Positions 19,609 through 29,099 of a stretch of 64,000 nt of DNA are shown piece by piece. Each line of letters starts with the position of its first letter. Positions within the stretch are counted from its first letter, which is position 1. The translations under genes were made by a program, and so were the position numbers. The notes under the pieces are model-generated. The model was not told the origin of the DNA, ran no database searches, and saw only the letters and a list, made by a program, of their open reading frames with translations. Origin of the DNA: Myxococcales bacterium. GTDB taxonomy: Bacteria > Myxococcota_A > Polyangia > Polyangiales > DASUME01. The stretch spans positions 8,416,001 to 8,480,000 of the forward strand of contig JASGJH010000001.1 of the NCBI GenBank assembly GCA_047601445.1, written 5' to 3'.

Positions 19609-20586
19609 ATGCGCACCCTCTTCCTCGCCTGCTGCCTCTCTCTCGTCGCCTGCACGGATGCCGACTCTCCTGGGGAATCGCTCGATGCCGGGTCTCCCCC
19701 CACCAACGACGGTGGCAAGGAGGAGGACGACGACACGGCTCACGACGCTGCTCCCGAGGACACCTCAGACGATCCGGGCGAACAAGACGCCGGTCGCGAC
19801 GCGGGCAAGCCGGACGGCAAATCCGACGCGGGCGCGGGCCAAGACCTGCCCGGTTGGAAGCTCGTGTGGAACGACGAGTTCGACGGTCCTGCCGGCACCG
19901 TGCCCGACAAGACCCGCTGGGTCCCCGAGAACAAAGGGGACGGCTTCGGCAACAACCAATTGGAGTTCGACACCAATCGCGCCGAAAACGCCGCGCTCGA
20001 CGGCAAGGGGCAGTTGATCATCACCGCCCGCAAGGAAGAGTACATGGGCCGCCACTACACCTCGGCGCGCCTCAAGACCCAGGGCAAGTTCGAGCACAGC
20101 TACGGCCGCTACGAAGCGCGCATGCAGATCCCCTTCGGCCAGGGCATGTGGCCCGCCTTCTGGATGCTCGGCACGAACATCGGAAGTGCGGGTTGGCCCG
20201 ACTGCGGGGAGATCGACATCATGGAGAACATCGGCCGCGAGCCCACGCTGGTGCACGGCACGCTGCACGGCCCTGGCTACTCGGGCGGCAACGGCATCGG
20301 CGCCTCCTCCTCACTGCCCAAGGACGCCCACTTCAGCGACGCCTTCCACGTGTACGCCATCGAGTGGGAGAAGGAGGTCGTGCGCTGGTATGTCGACGGC
20401 GAGCTGTATCAGACCCGCACTCCCAAGGATCTGCCGGGTCAAAGTAAGTGGGTCTACGATCACTCGTTCTTCATCCTGCTGAACTTGGCCGTCGGCGGGC
20501 AGTGGCCGGGCAATCCCGACAACACCACGACGTTCCCGCAACAGCTCAAGGTGGACTACCTGCGGGTCTACGATCGCATGCCCTGA
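19609..20586 (+). CDS. GH16 beta-1,3-glucanase (laminarinase-like) lipoprotein
   Basis: Lipobox LVAC, WNDEFDG, YTSARL, WPAFWMLG, intact catalytic GEIDIME, LLNLAVGG. Confidence 0.93.
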   Translation: MRTLFLACCLSLVACTDADSPGESLDAGSPPTNDGGKEEDDDTAHDAAPEDTSDDPGEQDAGRDAGKPDGKSDAGAGQDLPGWKLVWNDEFDGPAGTVPDKTRWVPENKGDGFGNNQLEFDTNRAENAALDGKGQLIITARKEEYMGRHYTSARLKTQGKFEHSYGRYEARMQIPFGQGMWPAFWMLGTNIGSAGWPDCGEIDIMENIGREPTLVHGTLHGPGYSGGNGIGASSSLPKDAHFSDAFHVYAIEWEKEVVRWYVDGELYQTRTPKDLPGQSKWVYDHSFFILLNLAVGGQWPGNPDNTTTFPQQLKVDYLRVYDRMP

Positions 20587-20591
20587 ACGCT

Positions 20592-20609
20592 CCTACCCGC
20601 TTGGGTAGG
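20592..20609 (+). terminator. Hairpin after the GH16 gene (possible terminator)
   Basis: CCTACCC-GCTT-GGGTAGG, with no clear U-tract. Confidence 0.35.
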
Positions 20610-20696
20610 GCTGGCGTTGGGGAGGGTGTTCGGAGTGCGAAAGCATCGGCGCACGCCCCCAACATCGCGTACATCAGGGCCCACCAGGCCCAACGC

Positions 20697-21458
20697 ATGC
20701 GTCGTATCTTCCTCGCGCTCTTCACCGCCATTCTGTTCCTTTCAAGCTTTCCACTCGGCGCAGAGGCCGAGGACACCCAAGACGACGAGGCCCGTGCCCT
20801 GTTTGAAGCAGGCCTGGTCGCCTATGACAGTCAGCGCTTCGAGAGCGCGCTGATGTACTTTCGTCGCTCCCTCGCCTTGAGTGGCCGCGCCAAGCTGCAT
20901 TACAACGTGGGCCTTGCTCTCGAGCGCCTCGGGCGCGCTGAAGAAGCGATCGATAGCTATTCGCTCTACCTGCAGGCCATCCCCGACGCTGCAAATCGCC
21001 TCGAGGTCGAGGGGCGCATTGGATCGCTCGAGAAATGGGTCCCAGAGTCGAAGCCGGGCGCCGTCCCCGAGGCCGTCCAAAGCCCGCCGACTGAAGTGGT
21101 CCAACCGCCGGCTTCCGAGCAAGCGCCGACCGCGGCTACGCAGGGTCCAACGCGCAGACGCCGTACGGGCCTTGCGCTGGTGGCGAGCGGCGGAGCACTC
21201 CTCGCAGCCGGTGGCGTGTTCGTCGGCCTGGCACTGCGCGCGCAACACGAAGTCGAAGCTGCGCCGCAGGGGGGCTACTGGCAGCACGTCGCATCGGACA
21301 ACGACCGTGCCCTCACCTTTTCCGTGGTGGGCTTTTCCCTGCTCGGCACCGGTGTCGTCAGCGCCGTGCTGGGTGGCGGACTCTGGTTTCGCAATCGTCA
21401 CATCACGGTCGACGTCGCCCTCGCACCGCGCGCGTTTTGCCTGCAAGGACGTTTCTGA
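20697..21458 (+). CDS. Secreted TPR protein with a hydrophobic hairpin and a C-terminal LQGRF motif
   Basis: Signal peptide, TPR (ARALFEAG...LHYNVGLALERLG...), terminal Phe. Confidence 0.8.
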   Translation: MRRIFLALFTAILFLSSFPLGAEAEDTQDDEARALFEAGLVAYDSQRFESALMYFRRSLALSGRAKLHYNVGLALERLGRAEEAIDSYSLYLQAIPDAANRLEVEGRIGSLEKWVPESKPGAVPEAVQSPPTEVVQPPASEQAPTAATQGPTRRRRTGLALVASGGALLAAGGVFVGLALRAQHEVEAAPQGGYWQHVASDNDRALTFSVVGFSLLGTGVVSAVLGGGLWFRNRHITVDVALAPRAFCLQGRF

Positions 21459-23167
21459 TGAGCACGCGGTTCGAGCTCGCGCGACCCCACGCGCTGTTTC
21501 TGGGTGTCACCGCACTGGCGCTGAGCGCCTGCACGCCCACCATTCCCGAGGGGCGCTTCGCTTGCGATGACCACCACGCATGTCCGCCCCGCTTCGAGTG
21601 TCGCGAGGACAACCTGTGCTACTCGCGCGACTTCAAGCGCGACGATCACGGCGGCGACGGCATGGATGGCGGCACCGACGCTTCCAACCTGCCGACCGAC
21701 GCGGGCGATCAGCCCCAATCTTCCGGTGACGGCGGTGATGCCATGCCCGACGCGGCCGTGGACCTGGGAACGGCCCCCCTGCGCGTGGTGCACGCCGCGA
21801 TCGCCGACGACGTGAATAACCTGATGCTCCAGGTGGATGAGCTCCCCGCCTTTCCACTCGCCTACGGCGACGTGAGCGCCTTCGTCCCTGGCGAACCACG
21901 CAGGGTGCGCATTCGCGTCAGCGACGCAGGCCAGGTCGTGAGGCTGGATACGCAGTTGGAGTTGACGGCCACCTCCGCCATGGTCCTGCTGAGCGCGCCC
22001 GCGGGGCTGAGCATGCGCGTGATCCCGGTGCCGGCTCCGCCGGTCGATGGCTCCCGTATCGCTGCCGTCAACGCCATGTCGGTTGGCCTGTCCGTGGTGT
22101 TCGATCAGCAAGACGCGATGCCCGACCCGAAGAGTCTGAACGCTCTCGAAGCGGAGCCCACGCTGGATCTCGACGGCGTTAGCAAGCGCTTGCTCGTTGG
22201 CTTCGATCAGGGCGGCTTTATCGCAGGCTTCTCCGGATTGTCGCTGGACTCGGGATCCATCTTGGTGCTGCTCGGTGACTCCCGGCGTCCGCTCATCGAC
22301 CCGCGCGGTCCACGCGCTGTGGTCCTGCACGGCCGAGACGCGCTCTCGCTCTTGTCCGATCCGCTGGTGACCCTGGTCCACTTGTCCACGGCGCCCGTTC
22401 GAGCGATCGAAAACGAGGCCGCGGCCGCCGTCTACCCGATCACGCTGTGCGTCACGGATCGCTTCCAGCGTCTGAACACCGGAGACTTTCAGTTCAGTGA
22501 GATCACGCCACAGATCCCCGTGTCGATCGAAAACGGGGATCGCTTCTACGTGCTGCCAGTGGCCGAGTCGGATTGCAGTGCTCGGCCCGTCGCCGAGTTT
22601 GCCGTGGCGAGTGCCAACCTTCAGAAGGGACGCAGATACCTCGTTCCATTCACCGGCGACAAGGACCGCATGGTCATCCCCGACGGCGGCCTCCCGCAGG
22701 CGGAGGCCGGGCCCGTGCCCAACCTGGTGGCATTCCCCGAAGCAGATCGCGAAGGGATCTCGGAGAACTCACGCCTGGTGACGTTTGGACATGCGGCCAT
22801 GCTGACCACGGAGCCAGACACGCTGCTTCGCTTCACGCCCCCGGCACCGAACGCCGCCGTGATGTTGGATCGCGCCGACACCGCAGGCCAAGAGCAGGCG
22901 GGCAGCGGACAGGATGCGGGCAGCGACGAGCAGCAGTCGATCATGATGGAGTACATTTCTGCGAAGGACCTGCCGTCAGGCGCTCAGCTGGCCAGGCTCC
23001 ATTTCGACGTGACCACCCACGGCAGCCGCTCGGTGTTCATGATCGCAACGGACCCGCTCGTCTGGCACGCGAACACCGTCCCGGAGCTGATGCTGACCGT
23101 GATCGAGACCTTCGACGACCAACCCTGGACGTCCAACGTCGTTCAAGGAACCCTGGAACCGAACTAG
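21458..23167 (+). CDS. Lipoprotein with an N-terminal Cys motif and DUF4397-like beta repeats
   Basis: Lipobox LSAC, GRFAC...C...C...C, repeat starts LRVVHAA, IAAVNAM, VTLVHLS and VTFGHAA. TGATG overlap with the TPR gene. Confidence 0.65.
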   Translation: MSTRFELARPHALFLGVTALALSACTPTIPEGRFACDDHHACPPRFECREDNLCYSRDFKRDDHGGDGMDGGTDASNLPTDAGDQPQSSGDGGDAMPDAAVDLGTAPLRVVHAAIADDVNNLMLQVDELPAFPLAYGDVSAFVPGEPRRVRIRVSDAGQVVRLDTQLELTATSAMVLLSAPAGLSMRVIPVPAPPVDGSRIAAVNAMSVGLSVVFDQQDAMPDPKSLNALEAEPTLDLDGVSKRLLVGFDQGGFIAGFSGLSLDSGSILVLLGDSRRPLIDPRGPRAVVLHGRDALSLLSDPLVTLVHLSTAPVRAIENEAAAAVYPITLCVTDRFQRLNTGDFQFSEITPQIPVSIENGDRFYVLPVAESDCSARPVAEFAVASANLQKGRRYLVPFTGDKDRMVIPDGGLPQAEAGPVPNLVAFPEADREGISENSRLVTFGHAAMLTTEPDTLLRFTPPAPNAAVMLDRADTAGQEQAGSGQDAGSDEQQSIMMEYISAKDLPSGAQLARLHFDVTTHGSRSVFMIATDPLVWHANTVPELMLTVIETFDDQPWTSNVVQGTLEPN

Positions 23168-23298
23168 GGATTGGAACGGGATCCGGCAAGAAAAAACCCA
23201 TTCGACTGGATGTTTGCAGTCAGCCTGCAGGCTTTTGAGCCATCGCTGGTCCATCCACTCTTGTCAGCCCGGGGGTTTTACGCATTGATGGCTGTCCC

Positions 23299-25389
23299 AT
23301 GGCAGCGAAAATTATCCGCGCGGCTCTGCCGTCCACCCTTTGGCTCCTGAGTGCTTGCGCTAACGACCCCGGGCTCCCGGACGTCAGCGAACGAGAGGAT
23401 GCTGCCCTGGTGGGTCGCCTCGAACAGTACGAGGTGGACCACGGAGACGGCTCCTATCGCAACGAGTACGCCCTGAGGCTCGACGACGGGACGCACGTGG
23501 AGCTGCAGTTCGCGGTCGAGCCGGAGCTGCATTCTGGCAGCAGGGTGGTGCTCAACGGTCGCTATGTGTCCAACGACGAGCCGCTCTCCCTGCGCGACAG
23601 TTTGCGCCTGGGACCGACGCGCTTTGCCGTGGATGACGCGAGACTGGAGCGCGCTGCGGTGGGCATGGTCCAGCAAGGACTCGTGGCTCCTCCTGACGTC
23701 ACGGTCACGGGCGCGGTGGTGCTGCTGAACTTCAAGGGCAAGAACGCGCAAAACTATACGGCCGATACCGCTCGCAAAGAGCTCGCCCAAGTTCACGACT
23801 ACTACCTCGAAATGTCCTACGGCTCGTGGACCATGGATACGGACGTTCTGGGTCCCTATCTCGTCGACGCTCCCTCTCAGTGTGATCTCGACACGCTCGG
23901 CACCCTTGCGAAGGCCACCGCGCGCGCCCAGGGCGTCGACATCGACCAATACGATCACGTGGGCGTGAAGATCGCCGGGCTCGACGGCCTCGATTGTCCG
24001 TGCGGCGTTGCGTACGTGGGCAACACGCCGGCGCAGGGTGGCATTTCGAACGGCGGCACCAGCTTGTACACCTGCTCCGGCGCCAACGCCTACGCGCACG
24101 AGATGGGACATGGCATCGGCCTCAGCCACTCGAGCACGGCGCCATGCAATGGGGTCGCCTATCGCCCGGGGCTCTCGGGCTGCAACATCGTCGAGTACGG
24201 CAATCGCTTCAACACCATGGGCGGCGGCCTCGGTCACTTCAACGCGATGCAAAAAGCAACGCTGGGCTGGCTCAACGGCTGCAACATCCAGCGCGTCAGC
24301 AAGGACGGCGAGTTCGATCTGACGGCGATTCAGGTCGGCGTCGACAACCAGGCCCAGGGGTTGCAGATCGACACCGGGGACACGATGAGCGGCGGACCGC
24401 TCTATTTCTACGTCGAGTATCGCAATCCAACGCTGGCCAAGTTCAATGCGCTCAAGGACAACGGGAGCCCGCGCGAGCGCGGACCGGGCCTGCACGTGAC
24501 GGTGTCACGTGACTTCAGGTCCACGCAGGGGGAAGGGCGCACCATTCTCATCGACGCGTCCAACGGCCTCAAGGGATTGCCGTCCGATGGCTCCGATGCC
24601 GACCAGGCCAAGGGCGATCCGCGCATGGTGGTGGGCGACGTGTTCAAGCCCAACGCCAAGGTAACGATCGAATTCGTCTCGCAGACGGACAAGGTCGCGC
24701 ACGTGAAGGTGACCTTTGCGGGTGGCGGAAGCGGAAGCAACCAGTGTCAGTCCAGTGCGGTTCCACCCGGTCCGCCCGATGTTCCCGAGGGCTATGCGGC
24801 CACGCTCTTCCAGGATTGCGACTACGAGGGCGGATGGTCTGTGAGCTTGCCCGAGGGCAAGTACACGACCGCCGAGCTCAAGGCGCTGGGGGTGAAGGAC
24901 AACGATGCTTCCTCCTTGGTGCTCGCGCCGGGCTACGACGCCCTGCTTTACGCAGATGACAACTTCGGCGGAAAGTCGTCCACACGCTCCAGGTCCCTGA
25001 GCTGCTTCACCAAGATCGACATGAACGATGCGCTCAGTTCGATCGAGATTCGCTCCAACGGGATGGCCCCTGGTCCCGACGCCGGCACCGGCCCCGATGC
25101 CAGCGTCGCTCAGGACGCAGGCGGTGGTGGCGGTGGCGACGGCGACATGACGCCTGCTGGCGACGGCGACGCACACGGGGGCGACGCCAGCACGCGAGCT
25201 CCGGACGCGAGCGCGGAAGAGCCCTCCGACGGCAGCGAAGACGACGGAAAGCCAGCCCATCATGGTGGCTGCAGCGTGCACCCGCAACGCTCTGCCGGTA
25301 CCCCATGGGCCTTGCTCGGGCTCGGCGTTCTCCTGGGCCTCGGACGCCTTGCTGCAACTCGAGCGCGCCGGCGGCTGGTCCGGGCGTGA
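23299..25389 (+). CDS. M11/gametolysin-like zinc metalloprotease with a beta/gamma-crystallin domain and a MYXO-CTERM-like tail
   Basis: HEMGHGIGLSH, EYG...TMG Met-turn, crystallin motifs (LFQDCDYEG, NDASSL, LYADDNFGG, NDALSSI), GGCS-TM-RRR tail. Confidence 0.85.
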   Translation: MAAKIIRAALPSTLWLLSACANDPGLPDVSEREDAALVGRLEQYEVDHGDGSYRNEYALRLDDGTHVELQFAVEPELHSGSRVVLNGRYVSNDEPLSLRDSLRLGPTRFAVDDARLERAAVGMVQQGLVAPPDVTVTGAVVLLNFKGKNAQNYTADTARKELAQVHDYYLEMSYGSWTMDTDVLGPYLVDAPSQCDLDTLGTLAKATARAQGVDIDQYDHVGVKIAGLDGLDCPCGVAYVGNTPAQGGISNGGTSLYTCSGANAYAHEMGHGIGLSHSSTAPCNGVAYRPGLSGCNIVEYGNRFNTMGGGLGHFNAMQKATLGWLNGCNIQRVSKDGEFDLTAIQVGVDNQAQGLQIDTGDTMSGGPLYFYVEYRNPTLAKFNALKDNGSPRERGPGLHVTVSRDFRSTQGEGRTILIDASNGLKGLPSDGSDADQAKGDPRMVVGDVFKPNAKVTIEFVSQTDKVAHVKVTFAGGGSGSNQCQSSAVPPGPPDVPEGYAATLFQDCDYEGGWSVSLPEGKYTTAELKALGVKDNDASSLVLAPGYDALLYADDNFGGKSSTRSRSLSCFTKIDMNDALSSIEIRSNGMAPGPDAGTGPDASVAQDAGGGGGGDGDMTPAGDGDAHGGDASTRAPDASAEEPSDGSEDDGKPAHHGGCSVHPQRSAGTPWALLGLGVLLGLGRLAATRARRRLVRA

Positions 25390-25500
25390 CCGACAGAACA
25401 GCCGATTTTTGATAGCGGGGCGAGGCCATTTACCTCTACAACCCGGGCGCGCCGGGCGTCGTCCGGTAGGTTGCCCATCGTCTCGGAGTGCCCTTCGCCC

Positions 25501-27702
25501 ATGACTCAACCCATCCAACAGCGGCAAGTCAGGCAGATCCCCGTAAGCGAGGCAGAGCGCTCGCATGTCTGCGAGCTATGCGAGGCCGGTTGCGGCTTGT
25601 TGGTCGAGCCGAAGAGCGGGCGCGTGCGGCCGGATCCAGCGGACGTTTTCTCCAGAGGGTTCGTGTGCCCAAAGGGCGCTGCGCTGCCCGCGCTCGTCGG
25701 CGACCCCGACCGGCTGCGCGGACCCGTCCGCCGGGGCGCCGACGGGAGCTTCCAGGCGATCAGCTGGGACGAGGCGTTCGCCACCATCGCGCGGGAGCTC
25801 AAGGCGATCCAGAGGCGCCATGGTCGTGACGCCGTCGCCACCTACGTGGGCACGCCCGTGGTGCACAAGCATGGCTCCGTGCTCATGCGCAACGCGCTGC
25901 TTGGCACGCTGCGTACGCGGAACTCCACCAGCGCCGGTTCGCAGGACACCACGCCGCGCTTCGTCGCTTCCTATCTCATGTACGGGAGCGCTTTCTCGGT
26001 GCCCGTCCCTGACGTCGATCGCACTGCTTTCTTCCTTTGCATTGGCGCCAATCCACTGGTTTCGAACGGCAGCCTGATGACTGCGCCGAACATGCGCGCG
26101 CGGTTGCGCGCCCTGCGCGAGCGCGGCGGCAAGCTGGTGGTGGTCGACCCGCGCCTGACCGAAACCGCGGAGGTGGCCGACGAGCACATCTCCGTGCGCC
26201 CCGGAGGCGACGCGGCGCTGGTGCTGCTGATGGTGCGCGAGCTGCTCCGCTCGGGCCGTGCGGACGAGCGGCGCATCGAGCGCACCGCCCACGGCTTCGC
26301 CGCGCTCAAGGCGGCGCTGCTCGCCCTCGATGTCCGTCAACTGTCGCGTCACGCAGGCATCGAGGAGGCCACCATCGTGCGATTGGCGCACGATTTCGCC
26401 GACGCGCCGAGCAGCGTCGCGTACGCCAGAATGGGCGTGTGCAACAACGAGTTCGCCACGCTGGCGAGCTTCGCGGTCGATCTGTTGAATCTGGTGGCGG
26501 GACGTCTGGGCGAGCTGGGCGGCTCCATGTTTCCCACGCCCGCCGTGCCACTGGCACGCCTGGCGCGCCTGAGCGGAGTGGACGGCTTTGCGCGCTTTCG
26601 CAGCCGCGTGCGTGGATTGCCGGAGACCGTCGGCGACATACCGGCTTCCACCTTGGCCGAAGAGATGGAGACCGCCGGTCCGGGACAAGTCCGCGCACTC
26701 GTGACCTGGGCTGGCAATCCAGTGCTCAGCACGCCTAACGGCCGTCGGCTCGCGCTCGCTCTCGAACAGCTCGACTTCATGGTGTCGATCGACTTCTACG
26801 TGAACGAGACCTCGCGCTTCGCGGACATCATTTTGCCGCCGGCTTCTCCGCTCGCTGACGATCACGTCGACCTCTTCTTCGCCAACTTCGCCGTGCGCGA
26901 TGTCTTGCGCTGGACCCCGCCCGCCGAGGAGCGCGCGCCGGACGAACGCTGCGACTGGGAGATCGTGCTGGAGCTATGCGAACGGATGGGCGGAGGCCCG
27001 ACCGGCATCCGCGCGGTCGACCTGCTCTATCGCGGTGCGCGCAAGCTCGGCTATCGCTTCCATCCCTCCCATCTGCTGGAGCTGGCCATGCGCATCGGCC
27101 CCCACGGCGACTACTTTTTGCCGTGGCGTGCCGGCCTGAACGGCAAGCGGGCGCGCGCGGCGGAGCACGGCGTCGACCTGGGGCCACTTCGTCGGGGCCT
27201 ACGCGCGCGCGTGCATCACCGGGGTGGCAAGCTCGAGCTGTTTCCTGCGGCCATCCAGCGTGCCCTGCAGGAGCTCGTCACGACCTGCGACCGTGCGCCA
27301 GACGTGCACGAACTCTTGCTGATCGGCCGCCGCGATCTGAGCTCCAACAACTCGTGGATGCACAACCTGCCTCGCTTGGTGGCCGGCCGTGAGCGTTGCG
27401 TGCTCTTCGTGCATCCGCTGGACGCCCAGCGTGCTGGACTGACCGACGGCGACACCGCCCTCATGGAAAGTCGAACTCACCGCGGCAGCGTCCCGGTCAA
27501 GATCACGGATAGCGTGCGCGAAGGGGTGGTGAGTTTGCCCCATGGCTTCGGCCACGCCGGCATCGCCCCCTTTCAGCGCGTGGCAGCTGCCCACCCTGGT
27601 GTATCCATCAACGACTGGACCGACGACCAGGCCGTGGAGTCCGTGGTGGGGCAGTCGATCCTCAACGGCGTCCCCGTGCGGCTTCGGCCGGCATCGGCCT
27701 AG
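25501..27702 (+). CDS. Molybdopterin-dependent oxidoreductase (DMSO reductase superfamily, substrate unknown)
   Basis: Fe-S motif CELCEAGC...CPKG, GANPLVSNGS, VVDPR, GNPVLSTP, C-terminal Mo-bisPGD-binding domain (NNSWMHN). No Tat signal. Confidence 0.9.
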   Translation: MTQPIQQRQVRQIPVSEAERSHVCELCEAGCGLLVEPKSGRVRPDPADVFSRGFVCPKGAALPALVGDPDRLRGPVRRGADGSFQAISWDEAFATIARELKAIQRRHGRDAVATYVGTPVVHKHGSVLMRNALLGTLRTRNSTSAGSQDTTPRFVASYLMYGSAFSVPVPDVDRTAFFLCIGANPLVSNGSLMTAPNMRARLRALRERGGKLVVVDPRLTETAEVADEHISVRPGGDAALVLLMVRELLRSGRADERRIERTAHGFAALKAALLALDVRQLSRHAGIEEATIVRLAHDFADAPSSVAYARMGVCNNEFATLASFAVDLLNLVAGRLGELGGSMFPTPAVPLARLARLSGVDGFARFRSRVRGLPETVGDIPASTLAEEMETAGPGQVRALVTWAGNPVLSTPNGRRLALALEQLDFMVSIDFYVNETSRFADIILPPASPLADDHVDLFFANFAVRDVLRWTPPAEERAPDERCDWEIVLELCERMGGGPTGIRAVDLLYRGARKLGYRFHPSHLLELAMRIGPHGDYFLPWRAGLNGKRARAAEHGVDLGPLRRGLRARVHHRGGKLELFPAAIQRALQELVTTCDRAPDVHELLLIGRRDLSSNNSWMHNLPRLVAGRERCVLFVHPLDAQRAGLTDGDTALMESRTHRGSVPVKITDSVREGVVSLPHGFGHAGIAPFQRVAAAHPGVSINDWTDDQAVESVVGQSILNGVPVRLRPASA

Positions 27703-27849
27703 CCAAAGGCAGGAGCCTGAATCGACCGGCCGGGGAGGGCGTTCACCCCAGGGCCCTGGCAGGCGTAGTGATTTGTGGACGCCGCGCGCCTCCCGGTTGG
27801 CGAAGAGCGCGTCCTCGACTAGTCATGGAGGCCATTCTTGGGAGTGTCC

Positions 27850-28494
27850 ATGCGTATCGCCTTCATCCTCGCTTCATGCACCAGCCTCGCGCTCGCTTCG
27901 GCCTGTACTCCGTCGGAGCGCCCTCCCGTCGGAGAGCGCGCCTGCATGCCGCTCACGCACGCCGGAGCCCAGGCCGATTGCGGCGAAGACTTCTGCGGCA
28001 AGAAGTCCTACAACGTCGCGGTCAACTACGTGTTGCCCAATGGCTTCGAGTGCACCACGCCCTGCGAGAACCTTCCCACGGGGCCCGGTAGCCAGGCTGC
28101 GCAGAACTTTCAGTACTCGCACGATGGGCTCTATTTCATTTTGACCTTCGGACCCGGTGTCTTCGCTTCGCCTTCCCAGTACACGTCCAAGGACCTCTCC
28201 GACACCTTCCAAAGCGGCTACCTGGCCTACGACATCCAGGACGGCGCATACACGGGGCGGGTAGGCCTGAACTTCGCCGCCAAAGGCTACGAAAAAGGCT
28301 ACGAAGACTCGGTCGTGGACCACGTCGGCTTCGAGGGCGGCCAGCTCGTCTTCAAGGTGCACGGCGCAACCAACACCGCCGTCGGCGTGGATGACGCGCC
28401 CTGTGGGGGCGGGCAGGATTGCTCCTGTCACTACCAGGGCGACGAGATCGCACTGTCATTCGATATTCACTCGACCATGGAGCGCCCGCTCTGA
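27850..28494 (+). CDS. Cys-containing lipoprotein of unknown function
   Basis: GGAG RBS, lipobox ASAC, resemblance to 8672..9313. Confidence 0.7.
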   Translation: MRIAFILASCTSLALASACTPSERPPVGERACMPLTHAGAQADCGEDFCGKKSYNVAVNYVLPNGFECTTPCENLPTGPGSQAAQNFQYSHDGLYFILTFGPGVFASPSQYTSKDLSDTFQSGYLAYDIQDGAYTGRVGLNFAAKGYEKGYEDSVVDHVGFEGGQLVFKVHGATNTAVGVDDAPCGGGQDCSCHYQGDEIALSFDIHSTMERPL

Positions 28495-28495
28495 G

Positions 28496-28906
28496 TTGAG
28501 CTCGGCCGCATCCGAGACGGCTTTGTCCACGCGCGCGGTGGTGACGCTGAATGCCAGCCATGCCATCGCGATCGTGCGCCAAGCTCTCAAGGAGCAGGGC
28601 TTCGGCCACAAGCACCAGGGCTTCCCGGTGCTCGATGGCGAGGGCCTGCTACTCGGCGTGGTGACCCGCTCGGATATCTACGAGGCGGACACCTCGCGCG
28701 AGCGGATAGGGCAGCTAATCAAGCGAGCCTGCGTGGTCACCTTCGACGACTGCAGCCTGCGCGAGGCCGCCGACACCATGGCCCGCGAACACATCGGACG
28801 CCTCCCCGTCGTCTCGCGCGCGGAGCCACGTCGCCTCTTGGGCATCATCACGCGCAGCGACCTGGTGGACGCCCACGCCACGCGCCTGGCTGCTCAGGGG
28901 CGGTAG
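28496..28906 (+). CDS. CBS-pair protein (resembles the C-terminal CBS pair of ClC channels; possibly a gene remnant)
   Basis: HQGFPVLD..LLGVVTRSD and IGRLPVV..LLGIITRSD. No convincing RBS or start. Confidence 0.65.
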   Translation: MSSAASETALSTRAVVTLNASHAIAIVRQALKEQGFGHKHQGFPVLDGEGLLLGVVTRSDIYEADTSRERIGQLIKRACVVTFDDCSLREAADTMAREHIGRLPVVSRAEPRRLLGIITRSDLVDAHATRLAAQGR

Positions 28907-29099
28907 GGAACCGCGACGGAACCGCCATTTGGGTGACTCTCGTCCAACCATGGCGGGGCGACTGAACCGCGAGGAATGTTTCGCGTGGCAGCCCGCGTTC
29001 CCGACGCCTACTGCGACGACTCCAACGTGTGCCGACCTCGCCGCGCATCGGTCCAGTCGTGCAGTGATGGCGCCGAGTGCAGCTCGCTGTTGTGCGAGA

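Noticed and set aside
23235..23262. TTGAGCCA...CACTC upstream of the metalloprotease as a cassette-type promoter
   Set aside because: The spacer is 13-15 nt rather than 17, and the ATG distance does not fit.
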